From an uncultured Pelagibacteraceae bacterium (GTDB lineage: Bacteria > Pseudomonadota > Alphaproteobacteria > Pelagibacterales > AG-422-B15): DNA of 64,000 nucleotides. How positions within the stretch are numbered: position 1 is the stretch's first letter; the number at the start of each line of letters is the position of its first letter. Below the pieces are notes generated by a model. That model saw only the letters and a list, made by a program, of their open reading frames with translations. It was not told the origin of the DNA and ran no database searches. Below, piece after piece: positions 41,947-52,163 of this stretch. The position numbers were made by a program, and so were the translations under genes. Location: positions 59,425 to 123,424 of the forward strand of contig CACMWW010000002.1 in NCBI GenBank assembly GCA_902617525.1, given 5' to 3'.

Positions 41947-42723
41947 CTAATGAGTATCTTTCCAAATTTGTCGATTGGTGAAGTAGAGTAATACGGAAAG
42001 AATTAATAAGTATGAAATTACCTTAAAACCGATTCTTTTTCTCGCCTCTAGCTTTGGTTCTGCTGCCCATGTAAGAAACATTGTGACGTCACGTGCCATT
42101 TGTTCTGGTGTTGCAGTTGTTCCATCTGTGTATACTACAGCATCCTCATACAATACTTGAGGCATCGCTATTTTTTGACCTTTTGCATACTCGTTATAAT
42201 AAACTCCATCATCGAGTTTAATATCACTTGGTGCATCAACATAACCCAACAATAAAGAGTACATATAGTCTGCTCCACCATGTCGTGCTTTAACCATTAC
42301 AGATAAATCTGGGGGATAAGCGCCGCCGTTTGCAGCTCTTCCCTGCTGTTCATTCTCATATGGACTAACAAACTTGTCAGATAATATTGCGGGACGCATT
42401 TCAACTTCTCCGTCGGCATTTGGAGCAGCTTTCACTTCAAATGCTGCAGCCATTGCTTTTGCTTGAGACTCGCTGAATTCAGGGCCACCCTCTTCAATTA
42501 GATTTCTATAACTTAAGAGGTTCATTGAATGACATCCTGAACAAACTTCGGTATAAACTTGATACCCTCTCTGAAGCGACGCTCTTTCAAATTTTCCTAA
42601 TGGTCCTTCAAATGACCAATCAGGATGCATAGGCTCTTTCATTTCACCGGCAGCATGTAACTGAGTGAAACTAAAACTCAGTAACAATGAGAAAGATGCA
42701 AATAAATTTATAATAAACTTCAT
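41947..42723 (-). CDS. petC: Cytochrome c1
   Basis: Signal peptide, CSGCH, PPDLS, IAMP, C-terminal TM. Confidence 0.97.
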   Translation of the reverse strand: MKFIINLFASFSLLLSFSFTQLHAAGEMKEPMHPDWSFEGPLGKFERASLQRGYQVYTEVCSGCHSMNLLSYRNLIEEGGPEFSESQAKAMAAAFEVKAAPNADGEVEMRPAILSDKFVSPYENEQQGRAANGGAYPPDLSVMVKARHGGADYMYSLLLGYVDAPSDIKLDDGVYYNEYAKGQKIAMPQVLYEDAVVYTDGTTATPEQMARDVTMFLTWAAEPKLEARKRIGFKVISYLLILSVLLYFTNRQIWKDTH

Positions 42724-42731
42724 ATCAGCAG

Positions 42732-43991
42732 CTATGCACTGGCTCCAGAGGCAGCGGCCTTCATCTGCCTTTCCTCGGGAGAAAGAACAGGCTCACTCAA
42801 GCTCTTGGGCAAAGGTTTGGTTTTTTCAATATAGCCAAGCAGAGGTAAAATAATTATAAAATGAGCAAAGTAATAAGCGGTAGCAATTCGTCCAATAATC
42901 AGAAATAGACCATCAGCAGTCTGAGCTCCTAGATAACCAAGCAATATCACATTAGCAAAGAAAAGCCATACAAACTGTCTATAGAGAGGTCTGTATTTTG
43001 CTGACCTAACTTTTGAAGTATCCAGCCAAGGTAAGAATGCTAAAATAGCAATTGCAGAAACCATTAAAATTACTCCACCGAGTTTATCTGGTACAGATCT
43101 CAAGATTGCATAGAATGGTAAAAAATACCATTCTGGGACAATATGTTCCGGAGTTTGCAAAGGATTAGCTTCAATATAATTATCAGTATGTCCAAGTAAA
43201 TTAGGGACAAAGAAGACAAAGCCCGCGAATACAACTAAGAATACAACAAGTGCAAACATATCTTTTACAACGTAATGAGGATGGAAAGGAACTGTATCTT
43301 GAGAACCTTGGACAACATTAATACCCTCAGGATTATTATTACCAGGTACATGTAGTGCCCAAACATGAAGTATAACGAGGGCAAAAATCAGAAAAGGCAT
43401 CAAGTAATGTAAAGTGAAAAACCTCGTTAAAAGTGGGCTACCAACAGCATAACCTCCCCACAACCAGTTAGTTACTGACTCACCTACCAAAGGAATTGCA
43501 CTGAATAAATTTGTTATAACTGTAGCTCCCCAGAAACTCATTTGGCCCCACGGAAGCACATACCCCATAAAGGCAGTAGCAATCATGAGTAAAAATATAA
43601 ATACACCAATAATCCAGATTAATTCTCTTGGTTCTTTATATGAGCCGTAAAATAGCGATCTTGCCATATGAATATATACCGCCATAAAAAATAGTGATGC
43701 GCCGTTTGCATGTATGTATCTTAATAACCACCCATAATTAACATCTCTCATAATATGCTCTACACTTGCAAAAGCTAAGTCGGCGTCAGCAACATAGTGC
43801 ATTGCTAGGACAAGTCCTGTAATTATTTGGGTAACAAGACAAAATGTTAAAATTCCACCAAATGTCCACCAATAATTTAAATTTTTCGGCGTTGGATATG
43901 GAAGTAAATGTCCATAAATTAAGTTTAAAAGTGGTAGACGGTCATTAAACCATCTTCCAACTGCTGATTTAGGTGCATAATTTTCGCTCAT
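42732..43991 (-). CDS. petB: Cytochrome b
   Basis: [25 protein letters not shown]. Confidence 0.99.
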   Translation of the reverse strand: MSENYAPKSAVGRWFNDRLPLLNLIYGHLLPYPTPKNLNYWWTFGGILTFCLVTQIITGLVLAMHYVADADLAFASVEHIMRDVNYGWLLRYIHANGASLFFMAVYIHMARSLFYGSYKEPRELIWIIGVFIFLLMIATAFMGYVLPWGQMSFWGATVITNLFSAIPLVGESVTNWLWGGYAVGSPLLTRFFTLHYLMPFLIFALVILHVWALHVPGNNNPEGINVVQGSQDTVPFHPHYVVKDMFALVVFLVVFAGFVFFVPNLLGHTDNYIEANPLQTPEHIVPEWYFLPFYAILRSVPDKLGGVILMVSAIAILAFLPWLDTSKVRSAKYRPLYRQFVWLFFANVILLGYLGAQTADGLFLIIGRIATAYYFAHFIIILPLLGYIEKTKPLPKSLSEPVLSPEERQMKAAASGASA

Positions 43992-43997
43992 ACTTTT

Positions 43998-44507
43998 TTA
44001 TCCAATTTTAATAGTAGTTTCGTTTAAGAATACATAATCCGGAATCTCAAGATTTGTAGGTGCAGGTCCCTTTCTTATCCTACCTGATGTATCATAATGA
44101 GAACCATGACATGGGCAGAACCAACCATTATAATCACCTTTTTGTCCAAGCGGCACACATCCAAGATGGGTGCAAATACCAACCATAACAAGCCATTCAG
44201 GATTTTGTGCTCGATCGCTATCTTCCTCTGGGTGCGGTAAATCAGCTAAATTCACTTTCTTTGCCTCATCAATTTCAGCCTGTGTTCGCCTTCTAATAAA
44301 TACCGGTTTACCCCTCCACATCACAGTAATGCTTTGTCCAGGTATTATGGGCCTTAGATCAATCTCAGTTGATGCTAACGCTTTAACTGATGCATCAGGG
44401 TTCATTTGGTCAACGAAAGGCCATGCTAATGAAGCGGCTCCTGCAGCTGCAAATGCACCTGTAGTGACATAAAGAAAATTTCTTCTTGTAACTTGTTTTT
44501 CTGACAA
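43998..44507 (-). CDS. petA: Ubiquinol-cytochrome c reductase Rieske subunit
   Basis: Tat motif TRRNFL, CTHLGC, CPCHGS. Confidence 0.98.
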   Translation of the reverse strand: MSEKQVTRRNFLYVTTGAFAAAGAASLAWPFVDQMNPDASVKALASTEIDLRPIIPGQSITVMWRGKPVFIRRRTQAEIDEAKKVNLADLPHPEEDSDRAQNPEWLVMVGICTHLGCVPLGQKGDYNGWFCPCHGSHYDTSGRIRKGPAPTNLEIPDYVFLNETTIKIG

Positions 44508-44590
44508 CTTAATATCCTTGAGTTATATTGCTAATATACTTGTAAATCATCGTTTTTTAAGGGAAAAAGGCAAATTGAAGTGCTAAAAAT

Positions 44591-44607
44591 TGTGTCATGA
44601 TGACGCA
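44591..44607. promoter_or_regulatory. RegA/PrrA/RegR-like binding site upstream of petABC
   Basis: TGTGTCA-tga-TGACGCA (minus strand TGCGTCATCATGACACA), GC-rich near-palindrome in an AT-rich spacer. Confidence 0.5.
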
Positions 44608-44643
44608 TATATTAGGATTAAAAAGTTATAAAATATCAATTAG

Positions 44644-45087
44644 ATGAACTTAGCAATTTTCGAACCTGATATACCTCAAAATACTGGAGCAATGGTGAGG
44701 ATTTGCTCTTGTTTCGGCGTCAATATTGATATCATTCATCCAGCCTCATTTGCAATGTCGGAAAAATCTCTAAGCAGAGTTGCAATGGACTATGGTAGAA
44801 ATATTAATTTAACAGAGTTTGACGATTGGAAGCACTACGAGAAAAATAGAAAAGGAAGAAAAATACTATTGTCTACAAAAGGAAAACTTAGTCACTATGA
44901 TTTTGAGTTTAAGGGTAATGATAATTTAATTGTTGGAAGAGAAAGTGCGGGAGTACCAGATTACGTTCACAAACAATCTGACCAAATAATAAGAATACCA
45001 ATGAACAGTTCCGCAAGATCTTTAAATGTTGCAGTGTCTTCAGCTATAGTTATTTCTGAGGCAAACAGACAGTTAAAACTATTTTGA
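44644..45087 (+). CDS. trmL: tRNA (cytidine(34)-2'-O)-methyltransferase
   Basis: PDIPQNTG, MDY, GRESAGVP, RSLNVA SPOUT motifs. Confidence 0.95.
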   Translation: MNLAIFEPDIPQNTGAMVRICSCFGVNIDIIHPASFAMSEKSLSRVAMDYGRNINLTEFDDWKHYEKNRKGRKILLSTKGKLSHYDFEFKGNDNLIVGRESAGVPDYVHKQSDQIIRIPMNSSARSLNVAVSSAIVISEANRQLKLF

Positions 45088-45088
45088 A

Positions 45089-45892
45089 ATGTTAAATAAA
45101 AAAAAGACAACTAAAGCATGGTTTAAAGAATTGCAGAATTTAATCTGTGAAACTGTTCATGAACTCGAAAAAAAAAATGGATCAAAAGCAAGGTTCAAAA
45201 CTAATAAATGGAAAAAAGGTGAATATAGAATAATTAAGGGAAATGTAATCGAAAAAGGCGGTATAGCATTTTCAAATGTAACAGGTACCTTTCCAAAAGA
45301 ATTTGCAAAACAAATTCCAGGAACTGAAAAGAATAAAAAATTTTGGTCCACAGGAGTATCTGTAGTGCTTCACCCAGCAAATCCAAAGGTTCCTGCATTA
45401 CATTTCAATACTCGGCACATAATAACGGGTAAAAATTGGTTTGGTGGCGGTATTGACGCCACTCCATGTTTTAAAGACGCTAAATTAAAGAAACAATTTC
45501 ATAATAAATTAAAAACAATGTGTGAAAATCATAATAAATCTTATTACAAAAATTATAAAAAATGGTGTGATGAATATTTCTATTTACCCCACAGAAAAGA
45601 AATAAGAGGAATTGGCGGAATATTTTTTGACTATAAAATGGATGATTGGAAAAAAGATTTTGATTTTGTTAAGGACGTTGGCTTAACTTTTAATGATATT
45701 GTAAGAGAAATAATAAGCCAAAAAATGTATGAAAAGTTCACAAAAAAAGATAAAGAAATTCAGTTATTGAAACGTGGGAGGTACGTGGAATATAATCTTT
45801 TATACGATCGAGGAACAAAATTTGGCTTAAACACCGGTGGTAATATTGATGCAATTTTAATGTCAATGCCTCCTAATGCTAAATGGAAATAA
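45089..45892 (+). CDS. hemF: Oxygen-dependent coproporphyrinogen III oxidase
   Basis: [39 protein letters not shown]. Confidence 0.97.
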   Translation: MLNKKKTTKAWFKELQNLICETVHELEKKNGSKARFKTNKWKKGEYRIIKGNVIEKGGIAFSNVTGTFPKEFAKQIPGTEKNKKFWSTGVSVVLHPANPKVPALHFNTRHIITGKNWFGGGIDATPCFKDAKLKKQFHNKLKTMCENHNKSYYKNYKKWCDEYFYLPHRKEIRGIGGIFFDYKMDDWKKDFDFVKDVGLTFNDIVREIISQKMYEKFTKKDKEIQLLKRGRYVEYNLLYDRGTKFGLNTGGNIDAILMSMPPNAKWK

Positions 45893-45894
45893 AA

Positions 45895-46374
45895 ATGGAA
45901 ACTGAACCAATTACATCAAATGGCGCAAAAAAACTTCAAGATGAATTAAGCGATTTGATAAATAATAAAAGGCAAAAAGTAATTCAAGCCATTGCGGAGG
46001 CGAGAGAGCACGGCGATTTAAAGGAAAACGCAGAGTACCATGCGGCAAAAGAGGAGCAAGGTCACATTGAGGGTCGTATTCAAGAAATTCAATTACTATT
46101 AGCTAATGCAGAAATCATTGATATTTCAAATATTCCTAAAAATCAAAAAACTGTAGTCTTTGGTGCAACTGTTGAAGTTGAAGATATTGATAATGATACA
46201 AAGACAAAGTTTCAAATTGTTGGTGATGATGAAGCAGATATTGAATCGGGTCTGCTATCTTACAGATCACCTGTTGCTAAAGCATTAATTGGAAAAGAAA
46301 AAGGCGATTTCGTATCAGTTTCAACGCCAAAAGGAGAGAAAAACTACGAGATTAAGAAAATTATATATAAATAA
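45895..46374 (+). CDS. greA: Transcription elongation factor GreA
   Basis: [27 protein letters not shown]; ATG 45895 preferred. Confidence 0.97.
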   Translation: METEPITSNGAKKLQDELSDLINNKRQKVIQAIAEAREHGDLKENAEYHAAKEEQGHIEGRIQEIQLLLANAEIIDISNIPKNQKTVVFGATVEVEDIDNDTKTKFQIVGDDEADIESGLLSYRSPVAKALIGKEKGDFVSVSTPKGEKNYEIKKIIYK

Positions 46375-46380
46375 AAAAAA

Positions 46381-47613
46381 TTATTTTTTTGATTGAACGA
46401 TTGCTTTAAGCCTCTCAATTAATGAAAACTTATCGTCAATAAAATCATTTTCTGCCCACCAGTCTTCAACCTCTTTTAAGATGTCTCCAACCATTGGGCC
46501 TTGAGATATTCCCATGTTTATTACGTCTTTGGCTGTTAGAGCAAAAGATGGCTTCTCCCAGCTTTGAGCAACTTCATATAGAGATCTCCAATTTACTTCA
46601 TTTTTATTATTTGTATCCTTAGCCCAATTAACAAGTATTTGTTTTTGAAAACCGTCACGACCTAATAGATAAAGTAAATATCTAACTTCTTTCATTGACA
46701 TGTAAGAAACGATTTTTTTATTCAGTGTGCTTAATTTCAATAAGTCAGTAGAGTCTGATTTTGATAAAGGTAATTTTTTTATGATAGTATTCGCTTTATC
46801 CAACGAGTTTTCAATTAGAGTACTTAATCTCAATATTGGATCAATTGAAAGGGATATTCTACTTTCTATTTCAATTAAATTTACAAATGCATCATTTATG
46901 CTAGTGCCATCAAAATAAACATCAAGCAAACCTATTTCACTCATTGCAGATATTGCATGATTTGGAGCATTTAGACTTAGAATTGACTTTAGTTCATTCC
47001 ATTGCCTTTCCTTAGAAACAACTGATAACTTATCAAGATTTGCTTTTATTGTTTTCATCACCTCTGCGTCAGGAGATATATCGCCAAATAATGCTAAAAA
47101 ACGAAAATACCTTAGTATTCTAAGGTAATCTTCTTTTATTCTTTCATCTGGATTTCCAATGAAACGAACGACTCTGTTTTCTAAATCTGTTTTACCATCT
47201 TTAGGGTCTATTAAATTTCCACCCTTATCTAAATACATTGCATTTATGGTAAAATCTCTCCTTAAAGCATCTTCCTCTAAACTATTTGAGAATGAGACTT
47301 GAGCATGTCTTCCATCAGTAAAAATATCGTTTCTAAAAGTTGTAATTTCAAACTTTCTTTCATTAATTATTGCTGTAACCGTTCCATGATCTATTCCTAC
47401 ATCAATAAATTTAATATTTTCTTTATTGAGTATTTCGGTAATAGTCTTTGGTTTCAAAGAAGTAGCAAAATCAATATCTGTGATTTCCCTATTTAAAAGT
47501 GCGTCTCTGATAGAGCCCCCTACAACATAAATACTATTTTTTTGATAGGTTTCAAAAAGATCAAAAACTTGCGCAACATCGTTTTGTTCTAGGATTGATG
47601 AAAATCTACTCAT
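46381..47613 (-). CDS. cca: CCA tRNA nucleotidyltransferase
   Basis: VGGSIRD, DIDFAT, RRDFTINA, EDYLRILR. Confidence 0.93.
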   Translation of the reverse strand: MSRFSSILEQNDVAQVFDLFETYQKNSIYVVGGSIRDALLNREITDIDFATSLKPKTITEILNKENIKFIDVGIDHGTVTAIINERKFEITTFRNDIFTDGRHAQVSFSNSLEEDALRRDFTINAMYLDKGGNLIDPKDGKTDLENRVVRFIGNPDERIKEDYLRILRYFRFLALFGDISPDAEVMKTIKANLDKLSVVSKERQWNELKSILSLNAPNHAISAMSEIGLLDVYFDGTSINDAFVNLIEIESRISLSIDPILRLSTLIENSLDKANTIIKKLPLSKSDSTDLLKLSTLNKKIVSYMSMKEVRYLLYLLGRDGFQKQILVNWAKDTNNKNEVNWRSLYEVAQSWEKPSFALTAKDVINMGISQGPMVGDILKEVEDWWAENDFIDDKFSLIERLKAIVQSKK

Positions 47614-47630
47614 AAGACAGATTATTTATA

Positions 47631-48269
47631 TTATTTTAGAATTTGATAAAGATTAATCAACATTCCAGCAGTTGCTCCCCAGATATTGTAATCTTTATAA
47701 GGTAAAACGTAATAGTCATATTCATATTTTTTGTTGTTTACCTCATATGTGGCACTTTCTTTCTTATGATTGTTTGAGTCCATTAAGAATTCTAAGGGGA
47801 GAAAAAATATTTCATCCACTTCATTTTGATTTGCCTTTAAATAGGAGTAATCAGATACTATAGATACAATTGGCATGATCCTAAATCCTGTGCCAGTTAT
47901 ATATACATCAAGATTTCCTAACACATTTACATCATCAGACCTTAAACCAACTTCTTCGTTAGCCTCTCGTAAAGCAGTTTCTATTGGAGACGTATCATTT
48001 TTTTCAATTTTACCTCCGGGAAAACTAATTTGTCCTGCATGATCTTTTAAATTATCCAGTCTTTTAGTTAATAATATTTTTACTTCATTATTTGAATAAC
48101 ATATGGGTACAAGTACAGCTGATGGATTTAGTTTAGCTTTATCTTTTTCAGCTTCTGCTAGAGGGTGATGATGTCTTGTTAAAAAATCATTCGTAAGTAT
48201 TTCAAAATACTCATGAGATATCTTCTCTGGACCATCAAATAAACCCCTCAATTTATCTAAAGGCATCAT
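47631..48269 (-). CDS. CoA pyrophosphatase (Nudix, NudL-like)
   Basis: HAGQISFPGG, REANEEVG, IWGATA. Confidence 0.92.
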   Translation of the reverse strand: MMPLDKLRGLFDGPEKISHEYFEILTNDFLTRHHHPLAEAEKDKAKLNPSAVLVPICYSNNEVKILLTKRLDNLKDHAGQISFPGGKIEKNDTSPIETALREANEEVGLRSDDVNVLGNLDVYITGTGFRIMPIVSIVSDYSYLKANQNEVDEIFFLPLEFLMDSNNHKKESATYEVNNKKYEYDYYVLPYKDYNIWGATAGMLINLYQILK

Positions 48270-48847
48270 TCTTTTTCAACTTCATGAATGTTGAAACATT
48301 CACCCATGCTTTCTATAACTAAGCATTTTTTGTCATCAACTATCTTCTCCTCTGCAAGATCCACTAATTCATAAAAAACTGATCTAGATAAAAGTGCATG
48401 GAGATTTTTTCTGATCAGGATATAGGGTGACGGTTCTGAATTTTCTCCAATTTTAATTGTTAATGGATTCTCTTTAGAGAGAAGAATTTCTTCATTGAGA
48501 TTTGTTTTAAATAGATAACCAGTTTTACTTCTTATCTCAACTTTATTAAGGGACACAGCAACAAACGGTGCATCTTCAACCTGAATTCTAACTTTCTCAA
48601 CGGGTGTAACTAAGTAGTAGCATGCATCTTCATCTAATCTTAATATGCTTGAGAAAAGTTTAACCATCGCAGGTCTTTTTATTTCAGAGCCCATGTAAAA
48701 CCATTTTCCATTTCGTAAAATCTTCATGTCAATATCACCACAAAATGGAGGGTTCCATTTTTCTACAGGCGGCAGTGATTGCTTATTTTTTTTGCTGAAA
48801 CTATAAATTGTTTCTAGTCCTTTTAAATTTACTGGATTATCGTTCAT
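48266..48847 (-). CDS. DUF1285 domain protein
   Basis: PPVEKWNPPFCGDIDM, LVTPVEK, VEDAPF. Confidence 0.9.
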   Translation of the reverse strand: MNDNPVNLKGLETIYSFSKKNKQSLPPVEKWNPPFCGDIDMKILRNGKWFYMGSEIKRPAMVKLFSSILRLDEDACYYLVTPVEKVRIQVEDAPFVAVSLNKVEIRSKTGYLFKTNLNEEILLSKENPLTIKIGENSEPSPYILIRKNLHALLSRSVFYELVDLAEEKIVDDKKCLVIESMGECFNIHEVEKE

Positions 48848-48963
48848 GCTTCACTTGAATTTATAATTAATGGATTTATCAATATTTTTCATTATAAAAC
48901 TTCAATAATCTTTTTAATTAGATAATATTCTCAAGATATAATTAATAATTTTGGAGGTATACT

Positions 48964-49419
48964 ATGCAAAGTGTGGATGTAAAGGATTTAGAAAATTATA
49001 AAGGTAAAGATATGGGACATTCAGATTGGATGTCAATTGATCAAAATAGAATAAATTTATTCGCAGATGCAACTGATGATCATCAGTGGATTCATGTTAA
49101 TGAAGAAAAAGCCCAAAAAGAACTTCCTACTAAAAGCACAATTGCACATGGTTTCTTAAGCCTTTCTCTATCAGTACCGTTGGCTGGTAAAATCTGGACA
49201 GTTACAGGGGCCAAAATGATGATTAATTATGGCTTAAATAAAGTAAGATTTATTAATATGGTTCCAGTTAATTCCCGTGTGAGAATGGGAATAAAAATTA
49301 AAGAGGTAAACAAATTGGATAACGGCGGAACGCAGGTAATCAGTGAGGCTACTCTCGAAATTGAAGGACAAGACAAACCAGCGTATGTTGCAGAACAAAT
49401 CATGGTAGCATTTCCTTAA
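48964..49419 (+). CDS. MaoC family dehydratase (NodN-like)
   Basis: FADATDDHQWIH, TIAHGFL, NYGLNKVRF; strong GGAGG RBS. Confidence 0.92.
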   Translation: MQSVDVKDLENYKGKDMGHSDWMSIDQNRINLFADATDDHQWIHVNEEKAQKELPTKSTIAHGFLSLSLSVPLAGKIWTVTGAKMMINYGLNKVRFINMVPVNSRVRMGIKIKEVNKLDNGGTQVISEATLEIEGQDKPAYVAEQIMVAFP

Positions 49420-49421
49420 AA

Positions 49422-50264
49422 ATGAGTGATAAATCATTTCCTGATCCAGATGCAAGTTCAATTAATTTAAACACTGAGATAATTAAGCTTTTAACCTGGA
49501 ACGTATGGTGGAAATTTGAAAACTATAAGGAACGAGAAAATCTAATCATTTCTGAAATCAATAATTCTTGTCCAGATATTTTGTGTCTACAAGAAGTGTG
49601 GGAAGAAACTGATGAAAGTCAGGCTAAAATAATCGCAGATCAACTTGGGTATAACTATATCTTTGAAAAATCATTTGAATTTGATGGTGTTGCGTTTGGA
49701 AATGCAATCATTACTAAATTCCCAATCAATTCTCACCATACTTTAATGTTTGAGACTGAAGCAGAGAAAGATGAAAAAAGATTTTTGCTTCATCTCTCAT
49801 TAAAATATAAAAGTGAGACGATAAACGTTATTTGCACTCACCTTAATTATAAATATGAACATCAGCAAGTAAGAGAAGATCAAGTAAATCAAATAATAGA
49901 ATACATTAGTAAATTAGAACAATCAAAATTCCCTATAATTTTGTGTGGAGATTTCAATGCGGATCCAGAAAGTGATGAAATTAGAAAGATTACTGGTTTA
50001 ACTAAACCAGTAAACGATATCGTTTTAAGAGATGTATGGAAATTAACAAATAGAAATGATCCTGGTTACACTTGGTCAAACAGCAATGATTGGGCGAAAA
50101 AAACTTTAGAATATAATCGACGAATTGATTACATATTTTTAGGTAAACCTGGACCTAATGGTCTGGGTCATCCAATTGAGTGCAACCTTGTTGGCACAGA
50201 AAAAAATAAATTTTTTCCAAGTGATCACTTTGGATTACTGGCTCATTTGGTCGGTATGAACTGA
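49422..50264 (+). CDS. Endonuclease/exonuclease/phosphatase (EEP) family protein
   Basis: TWN, LQEV, THL, GDFN, RIDYI, SDH. Confidence 0.92.
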   Translation: MSDKSFPDPDASSINLNTEIIKLLTWNVWWKFENYKERENLIISEINNSCPDILCLQEVWEETDESQAKIIADQLGYNYIFEKSFEFDGVAFGNAIITKFPINSHHTLMFETEAEKDEKRFLLHLSLKYKSETINVICTHLNYKYEHQQVREDQVNQIIEYISKLEQSKFPIILCGDFNADPESDEIRKITGLTKPVNDIVLRDVWKLTNRNDPGYTWSNSNDWAKKTLEYNRRIDYIFLGKPGPNGLGHPIECNLVGTEKNKFFPSDHFGLLAHLVGMN

Positions 50265-50638
50265 TGAGTATTTTGTTATCCATTTTTTTAGGTGGAGGCG
50301 TCGGAGCTTTATTGCGTTTTCTTATAAGTGAACAGACTGATCGATTATTTTTAAGTTCATTTCCATTTGGAACAATAGTTGTCAATGTTCTTGGGGCATT
50401 TTTGATGGGATTAGTCGTTAGTTATTTTGCAGATAAAGTTAATATATCTCAAAACATAAAAATGTTTTTAACTATTGGTTTCCTCGGAGGTTTCACGACC
50501 TTTTCAACTTTTAATTTGGATTTTTATCAATTATTCAGCAACGGAGAAATTTTAGCCTCGCTTTTATATCTGTTTGTGACATTCACATTTACAGTTATAG
50601 CTTTTTATTTTGGGCTAAGTTTATTCAAATTTCTTTAA
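50264..50638 (+). CDS. crcB: Fluoride efflux channel CrcB/Fluc
   Basis: GGGVGALLR, PFGT..VN, GFLGGFTTFSTF. Confidence 0.95.
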   Translation: MSILLSIFLGGGVGALLRFLISEQTDRLFLSSFPFGTIVVNVLGAFLMGLVVSYFADKVNISQNIKMFLTIGFLGGFTTFSTFNLDFYQLFSNGEILASLLYLFVTFTFTVIAFYFGLSLFKFL

Positions 50639-50639
50639 A

Positions 50640-51191
50640 TTATTTATTACGTCTTCTTAACATAAATTCAGCAAGCCCATCGTAACCTTTCTCAATCATC
50701 ATTTTCGCTGATGCAACATTTTGAACTTGATCAAGAGGCTTTATTTGATGAGCAACAACTGTGGTATTCATAAATTGTGCAGCAGAACAAATGGAGATAA
50801 TTTCGGATATAACTTTTTCATCAAAGCCATATTCTAATATAGCAGCTACATCTTCTTCATTAATTGAGCGAATGTCTTCATTTACTTTGTGAGATAATTT
50901 TAGAATAGGCTTATACTTAGCTTCTATTTGTGATTGTTCAATATCATTCATAAAATCTAGGTCATTCTTGTCTCTTAAAATTTTCTTTGATATTTCAACA
51001 TGAATATTCTTGCAGTACCCACAGCCGTTTAATCCTGAGACATAGGCGAATATCATCTCTTTAATATGTGTTGGTAATAGTGTTTCTTGTCTCATTAGAG
51101 ACTCTAAATAAGCCACATAATGTTTCTGATAGCCCCAGTTATCTAAAAAGACATCATATACTGATTTATACTTACTTAAAAAATTACTCAT
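50640..51191 (-). CDS. Carboxymuconolactone decarboxylase/AhpD-like peroxidase
   Basis: KEMIFAYVSGLNGCGYC..IH motif. Confidence 0.85.
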   Translation of the reverse strand: MSNFLSKYKSVYDVFLDNWGYQKHYVAYLESLMRQETLLPTHIKEMIFAYVSGLNGCGYCKNIHVEISKKILRDKNDLDFMNDIEQSQIEAKYKPILKLSHKVNEDIRSINEEDVAAILEYGFDEKVISEIISICSAAQFMNTTVVAHQIKPLDQVQNVASAKMMIEKGYDGLAEFMLRRRNK

Positions 51192-51206
51192 ATTTTTGAT
51201 CCTAAT

Positions 51207-51281
51207 TGGCTGGGGCGGGAGGATTCGAACCTCCGAATGCCGCTACCAAAAAGCGGTGCCTTACCGCTTGGCCACGCCCCA
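51207..51281 (-). tRNA. tRNA-Gln (TTG)
   Basis: TGGGGCGTGGCCAAGCGGTAAGGCACCGCTTTTTGGTAGCGG...GTTCGAATCCTCCCGCCCCAGCCA; next to ispE. Confidence 0.96.
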
Positions 51282-51324
51282 ACGCTATATAATTATTTAA
51301 TTTAAGAAAAAGATTTTGCAATCT

Positions 51325-52158
51325 TTATATTAACCTCGTTAAATATGTCCACCAATTGGGGTGTTCTTCAGATATCCTCTGTATTGCTTCCTCCGCCTTT
51401 TGTTTATCTTCATAAACAGTAAAATATGCAGAGCCACTTCCTGTCATTCGTTCATACTTACAATTTATATCATTATCTAAATATTCTCTTATTTTTTTCA
51501 TTTCTTGATTAGCAAGAAGTGCCGTTTTTTCCAATTCATTTGATGTACCTTTTAGAATTCCATCTAAGTTAGTATCTTTATTGTATGAGAATTTTTCTCC
51601 ACTTAAATTAGAATGTTTATTAAAAATATCCTTAGTACTATTTTGAACATTTGGAAATACAATTAGAAAATGCTTATCCGAATTGATTTTTAACCTTTGA
51701 TCAACATTCCCTTTTCCAGAAATAAGTGCAGATCCCTCATCAATAAAAAATTCAATGTCTGACCCAAGATCTCTTGCAATTTCAGTTGAGCTTGAATTAT
51801 CTAACAAATTGGATCTTATTAAATATTTAATTATTTCTGCGACATTTGATGAACCGCCACCTAAACCCGATCCCACTGGTATATTTTTTACAACATGAAT
51901 AGCAAATGATTTCTGCTTTAAATAATTCTTATCAATTAAATAATTAAATAATTTAGAAATATGATCATTGGATCCCACTTGGTCTCCAAAAGTGCCATTA
52001 TATGAGATACTAAATGAGCTTTCATCTTTTATTCTTATTTCATCATAAAGATCGATCCTTGATAACACTGAGTTTAATTCGTGAAAACCAGTATCAAGTT
52101 TGTCTACTACATTTAAGAAAAGATTTATTTTTGCGTAGGATTTTATGGTATTTAACAA
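51325..52158 (-). CDS. ispE: 4-diphosphocytidyl-2-C-methyl-D-erythritol kinase
   Basis: AKINLFL, KNIPVGSGLGGGSSN, LGSD, MTGSGS. Confidence 0.95.
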   Translation of the reverse strand: MLNTIKSYAKINLFLNVVDKLDTGFHELNSVLSRIDLYDEIRIKDESSFSISYNGTFGDQVGSNDHISKLFNYLIDKNYLKQKSFAIHVVKNIPVGSGLGGGSSNVAEIIKYLIRSNLLDNSSSTEIARDLGSDIEFFIDEGSALISGKGNVDQRLKINSDKHFLIVFPNVQNSTKDIFNKHSNLSGEKFSYNKDTNLDGILKGTSNELEKTALLANQEMKKIREYLDNDINCKYERMTGSGSAYFTVYEDKQKAEEAIQRISEEHPNWWTYLTRLI

Positions 52159-52163
52159 CGTAC

